A DNA stretch of 62,916 nucleotides, counting the filler, from Octopus bimaculoides (Eukaryota): the NCBI RefSeq assembly GCF_001194135.2. It is 6 parts of 6 records of this genome, joined end to end, with 100 filler letters (N's around TTAATTAATTAA, not from the genome) between each part and the next. Parts side by side here need not be neighbours in the genome. Positions count along the whole stretch, not along the records: positions 61,197 to 62,916 come from NW_026412754.1; 5 more parts are not named here. The stretch is one strand, 5' to 3'. Made by a program: the position numbers and the translations under genes. The notes under the pieces are model-generated. The model saw nothing but the letters and a program-made list of their open reading frames with translations. It was not told where the DNA came from and did not search any database. The number at the start of each line of letters is the position of its first letter. Within the stretch, counting starts at the first letter, position 1. This document shows, piece after piece, positions 62,550-62,916 of this stretch.

Positions 62550-62775
62550 ATTTTGTTTCTCCGTGTTTTTCTCCTTGTCTCCGTATTCTTTCTGTTGAAG
62601 AGCGTAGCTCGAAACGTCGAAGACTTTCCGTATTCCCGAGCGTCATACTANNNNNNNNNNCGTAGCTCGAAACGTCGAAGACTTTCCGTATTCCCGAGCG
62701 TCATACTAATATATACTTTTGTTATTTACACCACCTGTCCTCGTCTGTTGTTATTATTTGTATATTCTCCCATAT
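62550..62775 (+). mobile_element. Penelope-like terminal repeat fragment, copy 4
   Basis: TCTTTCTGTTGAAGAGCGTAGCTCGAAACGTCGAAGACTTTCC...TATATTCTCCCATATATA. Partly repeated across a 10-N gap (assembly overlap). Confidence 0.75.
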
Positions 62776-62776
62776 A

Positions 62777-62812
<36 letters not shown>

Positions 62813-62916
62813 TATAAATATATACATATATATAGATATATAGATATATGACGTCCTGTACCCGGATATGCATCTATATATGCATGTAATTGTAGGTATG
62901 TACATATATGTATGTA

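Noticed and set aside
62600-62710. Tandem hammerhead dimer
   Set aside because: The second copy starts mid-motif right after a 10-N gap and repeats the preceding ~50 bp exactly, so it is an unmerged contig overlap. Similar artefacts occur at 42480-42600, 42710-42780 and 60740-60835.

Overview
AT-rich, gap-riddled eukaryotic DNA, very dense in microsatellites. The repeat families and microsatellite load look like an octopus (cephalopod) genome; this is inferred from recognising the repeats, not from a database search. Five 100-bp spacers (44 N + TTAATTAATTAA + 44 N) show that six separately assembled segments are joined here: 1-25827, 25928-32150, 32251-54331, 54432-58371, 58472-61096 and 61197-62916. 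Adjacency across those joins is therefore unproven. Almost all supplied ORFs are microsatellite or N-gap artefacts. The real content is mostly transposon-derived. It includes at least three abundant SINE-like families, a full-length dead mariner, a decayed maT/DD37D-type Tc1/mariner, Penelope-like fragments (GIY-YIG, RT and four terminal repeats), and R4/Dong-, RTE- and CR1/L2-like LINE remnants. Several MITEs have readable TIR/TSD signatures (9-bp TSD, TTAA, TA, Helentron-like). One host exon is convincing: a signal peptide plus LRR N-terminal cap at 57029-57223 (+). Its upstream ~600 bp has an inverted ~94%-identical twin, which suggests a head-to-head paralog pair. A weaker, phase-consistent minus-strand exon chain (30454 to 18291) encodes an unidentified protein. 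The most novel-looking signals are a non-canonical hammerhead-ribozyme-like motif (CUGUUGA core) repeated in the Penelope termini, the duplicated LRR promoter, and a 3' tail shared between a SINE and a probable partner LINE. No CRISPR, rRNA or genuine tRNA gene was found.
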